From NCBI GenBank assembly GCA_963709835.1, contig CAVPYG010000089.1, positions 11,687-75,686 on the forward strand: a stretch of 64,000 bases of DNA, read 5' to 3'. Every line of letters begins with the position of its first letter. Within the stretch, counting starts at the first letter, position 1. Made by a program: the position numbers and the translations under genes. The notes under the pieces were generated by a model. That model saw only the letters and a program-made list of their open reading frames with translations. It was not told where the DNA came from and did no database searches. Positions 56,848 through 64,000 of the stretch are shown in pieces. This stretch comes from an uncultured Acidobacteriaceae bacterium. Its GTDB lineage: Bacteria; Acidobacteriota; Terriglobia; Terriglobales; Acidobacteriaceae.

Positions 56848-57288
56848 GTGAGCCAAAAACATCGCAATCGTGGTATACCCTCGTTGTCTCCACCATCCAA
56901 TACTGCTCTCATCCAAGCTGAGATGCATCAGTGGTCCGGACCGCTTCCTCAACCTGAGGCTCTACAGCGATACAATCAAATTGTTCCTACAGCGGCCGAA
57001 CGAATAATAAAAATGGCCGAAACTCAGCACGATCATCGTATCGCCATAGAAAAGAATGTCGTCGATTCCAACGTAGCCAATCAAAGGCTTGGGACCATTT
57101 TAGGTTTTATCGTGGCCATGACGGCCATTCTTGGGGGAATCTTCCTCGCCTACGAAGGCAAGGAAACATCTGGAGTGGTGTCGATCATCACTGCGTTGGT
57201 TGGTTTGGCTGGGGTGTTTGTGTACGGCAAAATGGAACAGAAAAAAGACCTCGCAAGTAAAACGCAAGCCTTAGCGAAAGCGCGCTAA
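56848..57288 (+). CDS. DUF2335-like membrane protein
   Basis: 'WSGPLPQPEALQRYNQIVPTAAERIIKMAETQHDHRIAIE' followed by two TM helices matches my recollection of the DUF2335 layout. GTG start. Confidence 0.6.
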   Translation: MSQKHRNRGIPSLSPPSNTALIQAEMHQWSGPLPQPEALQRYNQIVPTAAERIIKMAETQHDHRIAIEKNVVDSNVANQRLGTILGFIVAMTAILGGIFLAYEGKETSGVVSIITALVGLAGVFVYGKMEQKKDLASKTQALAKAR

Positions 57289-57381
57289 TCAAATTTCGAG
57301 AATCCGTCAACGCACATTTCAGACACTACCCCCCAGCGCGCCTGTCATCGGATTGAAACATTTTCCAGCTACAATAATGGC

Positions 57382-58074
57382 GTGAAGCCGACTATCTACG
57401 TGGTGGAAGACGATCCGGATATTTCGCGGCTGGTTCGCCATCATCTTGAAGGGGCGAGCTTTAACGTACGCCTTTATTCGACCGGCAATCTGGTCATCGC
57501 CGACGCCGAACGCCAGCGTCCGACGATGTTTCTGCTGGACATCATGGTGCCGGGAAAAGACGGGCTGGAACTTTGCCGCCAGATCCGGCAGTCGGTGTCG
57601 CTGGCATCGGTGCCGGTGATTTTCCTGACCGCGAAGAGCGGCGAGGCGGACCGCGTTCTGGGATTGGAGTTGGGCGCGGACGATTACATCCCCAAGCCTT
57701 TCAGCCCGCGCGAACTGGTGGCGCGGGTGAAAGCGGTGCTGCGGCGTTTTGAGCGTCCGCTGCCGCCGCTGCCCACCAAAATTGACGAGGTCCACATTGA
57801 CCCCAGTGCGATGACGTTGACGGTCCGCGGGAAACCAGTGCCGGCCACGGCCACCGAATTCCGGTTGCTCGACTACTTCATGCGGCACGCGGGACGCGTT
57901 TTCACGCGCGACCAGTTGCTCGACTCGGTATGGCGCGATACGGCGTACGTGACGCCGCGCTCGGTGGACGTTTATGTGCGGCGCATCCGTGAGAAAATCG
58001 AGCCTGATCCGGAGCATCCGCGCTACCTGAAGACGGTGCGCGGGGCCGGCTACCGGTTTGAGGTCGCGCGTTGA
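57382..58074 (+). CDS. OmpR/PhoB-family response regulator
   Basis: 'IYVVEDDPDI', 'FLLDIMVPGKDG', 'LTAKS', 'KPF', and winged helix 'LTVRGKPVPATATEFRLLDYF...VDVYVRRIREKIE'. GTG start. Confidence 0.9.
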   Translation: MKPTIYVVEDDPDISRLVRHHLEGASFNVRLYSTGNLVIADAERQRPTMFLLDIMVPGKDGLELCRQIRQSVSLASVPVIFLTAKSGEADRVLGLELGADDYIPKPFSPRELVARVKAVLRRFERPLPPLPTKIDEVHIDPSAMTLTVRGKPVPATATEFRLLDYFMRHAGRVFTRDQLLDSVWRDTAYVTPRSVDVYVRRIREKIEPDPEHPRYLKTVRGAGYRFEVAR

Positions 58075-59849
58075 GAAGCCGGATCTTCGTTAAACTGATG
58101 TTCGTGTTTCTGCTGGTGATTGGCGCCACCGCCATCACATTGCAGTTGACCGTGCACCGGGTCTGGAAACGCACGCTGCGCCAGCAGATCGAGCGCAACC
58201 TGCAAGAAAAAACCCTGATGTTCGCCAACCGCGTGGAGGTGGGCGGGCAGAAGCCGCTGGCCGAGATTACTCGCGAGGAGGGCCAGGCGGCGGGGGCTCG
58301 CGCCACCGTGATCGATCCCACGGGCAAGGTGCTGGCCGATTCGGAAGCCGATCCGAGCACGATGGAGAACCACGCGCATCGTCCGGAGTTTATTGCCGCG
58401 CTCGCCGGCAAGGTCGGCATGGATGAACGCAGCAGCCGTACTCTCAACATTCCTTTTGTGTATGTGGCGGCGCCGGTTTCCGGAGGAGCGGTACGCCTGG
58501 CATTTCCGTTGACCGAGATCGAAGTCACGGCCCGTCCGCTGGATAAGACCCTATTCTGGGGATCGCTTGCGGCTTTCGTTTTTGCGGTGCTGGTGGCTAC
58601 AGCCGCTTCGCACTATGTTGGGAGGCGATTACAGCGGATCGTGACTTTTGCGGAGCGCGTGGCCGGCGGCGACCTGGCAGCGAGAATCGCTTCCACTTCC
58701 ACGGACGAGATCGGGCAGGTGGCGGCGGCGCTCGATAAAACGGCGCGCCGCGTGGAAGAAAGTTACGTTCGCGTGCAAACCAGCCAGCGCGAACTGGAGA
58801 CCCTGCTCAACAGCATGCAGGACGCGGTGATTGCGGTTGACGGCGGCGGGCGGGTGCAGTGGGCCAATCGCGGGATGGACCGCCTGTTGCATCACGCGCC
58901 GCGCCTGAATGCGCCGTTGATCGACAGCGTCCGCGATCCCGACTTTCTCGCCGCGATCCAGGAAGCGGCGCGCGATCAGGTGGTGACCTCCGCGCGCTCG
59001 AATACGGTGGCTAGCGGCCGCACCTTCAACGTCACCGCCGCGCCCATGCCGGGAGGCGGCGCCGTCGCGGTGCTGCGCGATCTGACCGAGGCCGAGCGCA
59101 TGGAAAAGAGCCGCCGCGATTTCATCGCCAACGTTTCGCACGAGCTGCGCACTCCGCTGACTTCCATTCAGGGATATACGGAGACGCTGCTCGACAGCCC
59201 GTTGGAAAACAATAACGCGCGCGAGTTCCTGGAAATCATCCGCAAGAACGCGGCCCGCATGTCGCGCCTTACGGAAGACCTGCTCAGGCTGGCCCGCGTG
59301 GAATCGGGCGAGCAGCGGTTCGTCATGCAGCGGGTCAGCGCGGAAGAACTGCTGCGGGACGCGCTGGAAAGCTTCCGCGAAGTGGCGCGATCTTATGGAG
59401 TCGAGCTTGGCGTCGAACTTGGCGTCGAGCCTGGCGCCGAATTGGCGATTGCGAACGCGATTCTCACTGGCCATGTGAACGCGGACCGGGAAGCCATCCA
59501 CCAGGTTTTCTCCAACCTCATCGAGAATGCGCTGAAGTACGCGGCGTCGGGAAAGAAAGTCGTTCTGGGAGCGCGCGCCGCCGGTACTGGCGAGGCAAAG
59601 ACCGGCGTGGAGTTCTACGTTAAGGACTTCGGCCCCGGCATTTCTTCCGAGCATTTGCCGCGTCTTTTCGAGCGCTTCTACCGTGTGGACAAAGCGCGCT
59701 CGCGGGAATCGGGAGGCACGGGACTGGGACTGGCCATCGCCAAGCACATCGTTCTGGCGCACGGGGGGGCGATCCGCGCCGAGAGCGAACTCAACCACGG
59801 CTCGACTTTTTTATTTACGCTGCCCGCTGCCGGGGCGGAATCCACGTAG
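58071..59849 (+). CDS. Sensor histidine kinase (TM-HAMP-PAS-HisKA-HATPase_c; PhoR-like)
   Basis: 'FIANVSHELRTPLTSIQGY', N-box 'NLIENALKY', 'DFGPGI', 'GGTGLGLAIAKHIV'. 4-nt overlap with the regulator gene. In-frame (GVEL)4 tandem repeat. Confidence 0.9.
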   Translation: MRSRIFVKLMFVFLLVIGATAITLQLTVHRVWKRTLRQQIERNLQEKTLMFANRVEVGGQKPLAEITREEGQAAGARATVIDPTGKVLADSEADPSTMENHAHRPEFIAALAGKVGMDERSSRTLNIPFVYVAAPVSGGAVRLAFPLTEIEVTARPLDKTLFWGSLAAFVFAVLVATAASHYVGRRLQRIVTFAERVAGGDLAARIASTSTDEIGQVAAALDKTARRVEESYVRVQTSQRELETLLNSMQDAVIAVDGGGRVQWANRGMDRLLHHAPRLNAPLIDSVRDPDFLAAIQEAARDQVVTSARSNTVASGRTFNVTAAPMPGGGAVAVLRDLTEAERMEKSRRDFIANVSHELRTPLTSIQGYTETLLDSPLENNNAREFLEIIRKNAARMSRLTEDLLRLARVESGEQRFVMQRVSAEELLRDALESFREVARSYGVELGVELGVEPGAELAIANAILTGHVNADREAIHQVFSNLIENALKYAASGKKVVLGARAAGTGEAKTGVEFYVKDFGPGISSEHLPRLFERFYRVDKARSRESGGTGLGLAIAKHIVLAHGGAIRAESELNHGSTFLFTLPAAGAEST

Positions 59850-60008
59850 ATCCCAAAAGGTAACCCGGTAACCTTGTTCCGGGTTGCTCCGCGCCTGACG
59901 ACGGCAGCGCAGCCGGGGTAAAATGAAAGCGCCACTTGGCGCAGTCACTCCGGCGGTATCTGGGCCTGTCCTGATGCGTGTTCCTCGGGCGATGCCCGTG
60001 AGGTGAAT

Positions 60009-62075
60009 ATGAAGGGTATTGTTCTAGGCATTGCGTTCGCGTTGACTGCGCCATTGCTCGTGGGCCAGACCGCGCCGCACGTTCGGGTGGGAATCGTTTC
60101 CGATTGGACGCACCGTCACGTCCTCTACCCGGATTCGAAAGACAAGTCGGCGATGGCCCGGGCCCGCAGCGATCCGCGCTGGGCGCAGAATTGGTATCTG
60201 CGCCATCCGGGGGCGTGGTGGCCGATACGCTATCGCAGGCCTGGCCAGCGTATCCGGAGAGACTGGAGCGTGGCGCTGGGGACGACTGCGTTTGAGCCGG
60301 TGTTCGACTCTTCGTTTACCTTCACCATCGGTACCGAGACGGGATTCGGCACGCTCAACTTGATATCCGAAGGCGGCGGAACGTACCTCGCCACCGCCGG
60401 CAGCGTCACCGTGACTGGCACGCTGGACGTTGGCACGTTCCCGCTGTTAGCCGGTGGACCGGATGTCGTAGCCAGCCCAAACGGCGCCTTCGATTATAAC
60501 AATCTCGTCCACCCCTCATCGGACCCCACAGTTGATGAGAACGGTGGCCTTCTGTTTGACAACGGCGGTGGTCTGGAGACCAACATCTGGGGCAACAGTA
60601 CGGGTGGTGATTATTCTTTTTACACTTCCTCTGGATCGGGGTACCCCATTTCAATTCAGGCCAACGGTTCCTTCGCTTTTGACGTCGCATCTACTCCGGA
60701 TCCGGGCGGGGGCCAGACTTTTCCCGCCAAATATGTATTTGACGTGACCGCGGCTCCAAACTGCGCGAACGACTTCGTGGCGATCGGTATCCCAACGGGC
60801 CCCACGGCGGGCGGTCAAGCCAACATCGTTGGAGTGAACAACCTTTATAGCGGCGGAGCGGGCGCGCTGTGCCCGACTGGGCCGACGGTAATGTTTGCCT
60901 ACGCATCAGGCACCGGACAGGTGCCGGCCGCAGTGACCCTCTCCCGGGATGGGACGCAAATTGCCTACGTCGAGAATCTCGCGACGGGCAGTTCATACTT
61001 CCACGTCCTGACGATTGGCACGACGGCGTTCGAAGGGACGAGCGCGACGTCGGCAGTCGTGCCGGGCACTGGCGGAAGCAACGCCGTGGACCAGAGTGTG
61101 CTGCTTTCGCCCGACGGCGGCACCACCAACCAAAGCTCCACCAATGCCGCTTTCGTCGTTTACACACCTAACGACGCCAACGATGTCGCTTACGTTACAA
61201 CCTATAGCATGGCCGGGAGTGGCTCCGGCTACCTATATAAGATCCGCAACGTGTTCGACGGCGGTGCCCCCCCAACCATTATCTGGAGCGTCCCGATCAC
61301 CGCAATTCCGTCCACTCCGGTATACGATGTGGCGTCGAACAACGTCTTTTTTACGGATAGCGACGGCCATATCGATTACGTTACGGACACGGGCATGTCA
61401 CCGCCGGTTGCGTATGGCCCGGTTGTGGCTGCCGGCACCACGTCCGAAAATGCGGTAGTCGTCGATAGCGTCGGTCAAATGGTCTACGCTTCGTTCAACA
61501 CCAATGGGACCAACGCAGTGGTGGTGCAAGCCCCCACCAGCATGGCGAGCACCGTGTCCGTAGCGGTGGGCACCGGGAGCACCGTCTACACGAGCCCGTA
61601 CGAGCCCGACTTTAACAACGACTTCTATACCGGATCGGGGACGCCTCTCATGTACGTCGCCGGAACGGACACCACAAGCGGGACGATTCCGACCCTCTAC
61701 AGCGTCGGATTCACCGGTGGGGTGATGAACAGCAGCCCCGACACCTCAGCCGCTCTCGCTACCGGCACAGCGGATTCCTCGCCGGTGACCGAGTTTTACA
61801 ACGCCGCGCTCGGGACGGACTACCTATTTGTGGGGGTCACCAACGACTGCGTAGCTACCACCAATGGCGGAAATGCCGGATGCGTCATGAGCCTGGACAT
61901 CACCACTGGCTTTCCCACAATCGATCCAATCACCACCTCCGCGCTGGCCGCACCTGGAGGCAGCAGCGGCATCGTGGTGGATAACGACAGCAGTGTTACC
62001 GAAGCTTCGAGCATTTACTACGCAACCAAGACCGGAAAGACCCTGGTCAAAGCGACGCAGCAAGGGCTGAATTGA
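60009..62075 (+). CDS. Large secreted hypothetical protein (Gly/Thr/Ser-rich, probably beta-rich)
   Basis: Signal peptide 'MKGIVLGIAFALTAPLLVGQ'. 688 aa. No family recognised. Confidence 0.65.
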   Translation: MKGIVLGIAFALTAPLLVGQTAPHVRVGIVSDWTHRHVLYPDSKDKSAMARARSDPRWAQNWYLRHPGAWWPIRYRRPGQRIRRDWSVALGTTAFEPVFDSSFTFTIGTETGFGTLNLISEGGGTYLATAGSVTVTGTLDVGTFPLLAGGPDVVASPNGAFDYNNLVHPSSDPTVDENGGLLFDNGGGLETNIWGNSTGGDYSFYTSSGSGYPISIQANGSFAFDVASTPDPGGGQTFPAKYVFDVTAAPNCANDFVAIGIPTGPTAGGQANIVGVNNLYSGGAGALCPTGPTVMFAYASGTGQVPAAVTLSRDGTQIAYVENLATGSSYFHVLTIGTTAFEGTSATSAVVPGTGGSNAVDQSVLLSPDGGTTNQSSTNAAFVVYTPNDANDVAYVTTYSMAGSGSGYLYKIRNVFDGGAPPTIIWSVPITAIPSTPVYDVASNNVFFTDSDGHIDYVTDTGMSPPVAYGPVVAAGTTSENAVVVDSVGQMVYASFNTNGTNAVVVQAPTSMASTVSVAVGTGSTVYTSPYEPDFNNDFYTGSGTPLMYVAGTDTTSGTIPTLYSVGFTGGVMNSSPDTSAALATGTADSSPVTEFYNAALGTDYLFVGVTNDCVATTNGGNAGCVMSLDITTGFPTIDPITTSALAAPGGSSGIVVDNDSSVTEASSIYYATKTGKTLVKATQQGLN

Positions 62076-62139
62076 AGGGAGTGCGCGGCGATTCGGGCGC
62101 GGAGAGCGGCGTCGGATTCAGGACTTCCTCAGGAAGCCA

Positions 62140-63183
62140 ATGAAGTACAAACGCATCGTCGTCACCAAGCGAGGCCCTCCCGAGAACCTCGAGATCACCG
62201 AGTGCGACCTGCGGGAACCGGAAGCAAAGGAAGTCCGTGTCAAGGTGCTGGCGACGAGTGTTTGCCTGCCGGATGTGCAGGCGCGCTACGGACGCGGCCC
62301 GTTCCAACCCAAAGTGCCCTTCGTGCCGGGCTACGCCATCGTCGGCATCGTCGATGCAATCGGCCCGGGCGTTCGCGGGGCCGCTCCGGGAGATCAAGTG
62401 GCGGGCTATCTGGTGCTCGGAGGCTATTCCGAGTACGTTTACCTCCGTGAAGACCGGACCATTCCCGTTCCAGCGTCGCTTCATCCAGTCGAGGCAGTCC
62501 CGTTGCTGCTGAACTACGTCACCGCGTACCAGCAATTGCACCGGTCGGCGAAAATCAAAGCGGGCGACAAGGTGCTGATCATCGGGGCGAGCGGCGGGTG
62601 CGGGACGGCGTTCCTGGATCTTGGCAGGTTGGCCCAGCTCAAGATGTATGGGATCGCATCCAAAAGCAAACACGCTATCGTGGCCGAATACGGGGCAACG
62701 CCGATCGACTATCGCACCGAGGATTTCGTGGAGGTGATTCGCCGGGCCGAGCCTGATGGGCTGGACGCGATCTTCAACGGCATGGGGGGCGACTACGTCG
62801 GCAGGGCCTTCCCACTGCTGCGCCGTGGAGGCGTGTTTGTGGGTTACGGCAATCCTCTGAGTTATCGGGCCTTGCTGCGTCTTCTTGCCAAAATTCTCGC
62901 GCTCAAACTGCTGCCGAACGGGAGGAGGGTCAAGCTCTACGGGGCGACGGGGTTCCAGCTCTTCAACCGAAAGCCGTTTGTGGAGGACTGGGCTGTGCTC
63001 TTCCGATTGCTGGAGGAGGGCAAGATCCGTCCGGTCATCAGCGGCAAGTTCGCACTACTGGATGCGGCGAAGGCCAATGCGCTCCTCGAAAGCGGCCGGG
63101 TGGTTGGCAATCTCGTCCTGGTGGCGCCGGAAATAATGGAGGCGAGTAGGACGATGCAAGCCGGATCTCGGCGGCCAGGTTGA
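62140..63183 (+). CDS. Medium-chain dehydrogenase/reductase (quinone oxidoreductase/VAT-1-like)
   Basis: 'VRVKVLATSVCLPDVQARYG', 'PFVPGYAIVGIVDAIG', Rossmann 'VLIIGASGGCG'. Confidence 0.8.
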   Translation: MKYKRIVVTKRGPPENLEITECDLREPEAKEVRVKVLATSVCLPDVQARYGRGPFQPKVPFVPGYAIVGIVDAIGPGVRGAAPGDQVAGYLVLGGYSEYVYLREDRTIPVPASLHPVEAVPLLLNYVTAYQQLHRSAKIKAGDKVLIIGASGGCGTAFLDLGRLAQLKMYGIASKSKHAIVAEYGATPIDYRTEDFVEVIRRAEPDGLDAIFNGMGGDYVGRAFPLLRRGGVFVGYGNPLSYRALLRLLAKILALKLLPNGRRVKLYGATGFQLFNRKPFVEDWAVLFRLLEEGKIRPVISGKFALLDAAKANALLESGRVVGNLVLVAPEIMEASRTMQAGSRRPG

Positions 63184-63260
63184 TTGTTAGAACTTAGCGA
63201 GAGGACTCCCTTTTTGGAAGAGCTGGCTGGCGAAATGGAGCGCCAGCGGCAGTCGCTTCG

Positions 63261-63677
63261 TCACTTTTTACTTCTGAGTACTTTTGCTCGAGCACCCGCA
63301 GGCGCTTTCCTCTTCAACTTAAGCTGATTGTAATCAATGGCGGCACGAACGAGGTTCTTTAGAGCACGCTCGTCAATCTTATCGCCCTCGAAAATGTCGA
63401 TCGCCCGCCACTGATTGCCTCCGAGGCCCGCGTTGAAGAGCTTGTCGGCATCTGGGAGGCCCGCTCCGTGGGAAAAGGTAAGCTTCACCTTATCTTTGTG
63501 GGCGTTGCCGACGGCGATGATTCCGTCGCGAGACCACACTGGGCTTCCCATCCACTTCCATTCCTCGACGATCTCCCGGTCGGCCTCAAGGATGCTTTTG
63601 CGGACGCTGGCAAGCGTTTTGCCACGCCAGTCCGTTAGTTTTGCGATGAGTAGGTCAATACGTTCCGATGGATTCAT
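63261..63677 (-). CDS. DUF1801 (YdhG-like) domain protein
   Basis: 'IVEEWKWMGSPVWSRDGIIAVGNAHKDKVKLTFSHGAGL' fits the DUF1801 pattern as I recall it. Confidence 0.65.
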   Translation of the reverse strand: MNPSERIDLLIAKLTDWRGKTLASVRKSILEADREIVEEWKWMGSPVWSRDGIIAVGNAHKDKVKLTFSHGAGLPDADKLFNAGLGGNQWRAIDIFEGDKIDERALKNLVRAAIDYNQLKLKRKAPAGARAKVLRSKK

Positions 63678-63811
63678 TGGATGTTTATACCTCGATTCCT
63701 TGTCCCATCTTCATGGGAACAGTTTTATCGAGCAAGCTATTCCGATCCGCTCGAAGGATGTTTGTTGCATTGGCTGATGCGGCCATGATGTCACTCCATG
63801 GATTTTTCAAT

Positions 63812-64000
63812 TCACGACTTTTGAGCCGCCTTGGGCGTCCAACCAGGGGCTTCAACGCCGAACTGCTTTGAATATTCGGCGACCAATCGCTGCCAGCCCG
63901 CGAACTTCATGGCGTTGACGCCGGCGACGGCTCCAATCGGCGTTGCCCGCGAGGAACCGATCAAGGACGTCGAAGCAGATGTGCCAGCCCGCGGCGCCCC
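63812..64000 (-). CDS. C-terminal part of an SRPBCC/AHSA1-like protein (5' end outside window; possible frameshift)
   Basis: One frame gives 'GWHICFDVLDRFLAG'. The adjacent frame gives 'PIGAVAGVNAMKFAGWQRLVAEYSKQFGVEAP...*'. Both pieces resemble AHSA1-family C-termini. Confidence 0.4.
   Translation of the reverse strand, partial: GAPRAGTSASTSLIGSSRATPIGAVAGVNAMKFAGWQRLVAEYSKQFGVEAPGWTPKAAQKS

Noticed and set aside
1-64000. Search for a prophage, IS element, integrase, transposase, rRNA or tRNA
   Set aside because: No ORF showed DDE/HUH transposase, tyrosine or serine recombinase, or phage structural motifs. No cloverleaf-compatible or rRNA-like sequence was noticed on manual reading. A tRNAscan/Infernal run would be the definitive check.

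Overview
High-GC bacterial chromosomal segment. The gene content and the dispersed REP-like repeat families suggest an Acidobacteriota (Terriglobia-like) genome; that assignment is inference from memory, not a search result. The backbone is housekeeping: mltD-like, fabG, polA, trpB2, cca, tsaD, an M1 peptidase, an S41 protease and two-component systems. There is one long minus-strand exopolysaccharide locus at about 21.4-31.1 kb, in transcription order Wza, a split PCP plus a degenerate BY-kinase-like protein, a priming sugar transferase, a Wzy-like polymerase, a GT4 and a fused double GT. A divergent LuxR pseudo-receiver regulator and rmlD follow it. Several short, visibly more AT-rich accessory islets are embedded in this backbone: (i) vapBC plus a type II m5C R-M system with Vsr (2.2-5.8 kb), bracketed by repeats; (ii) a stand-alone SIR2-like gene 16 nt after polA (18.9-20.1 kb); (iii) a roughly 14.4 kb mosaic block (33.6-48.1 kb) bounded by intact rmlD and a decayed second rmlD 3' remnant; (iv) a translationally coupled ABC/AAA_15-type ATPase + PIN-like pair between trpB2 and cca (51.9-53.8 kb); (v) a 72-aa ORF + DUF2335-like membrane protein cassette after tsaD. 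The mosaic block in (iii) carries a family of 50-60 nt hairpin repeats flanking orphan ORFs, an ExbB-ExbD fusion, a ferredoxin-methyltransferase fusion and two large frameshifted genes (a TonB-dependent receptor and a PAS-GGDEF-EAL protein). My best candidate for an undescribed system is the ATPase + PIN-like pair in (iv). No rRNA, tRNA, CRISPR array, integrase or transposase could be supported. Most long antisense ORFs in the supplied track are GC-driven shadow ORFs.
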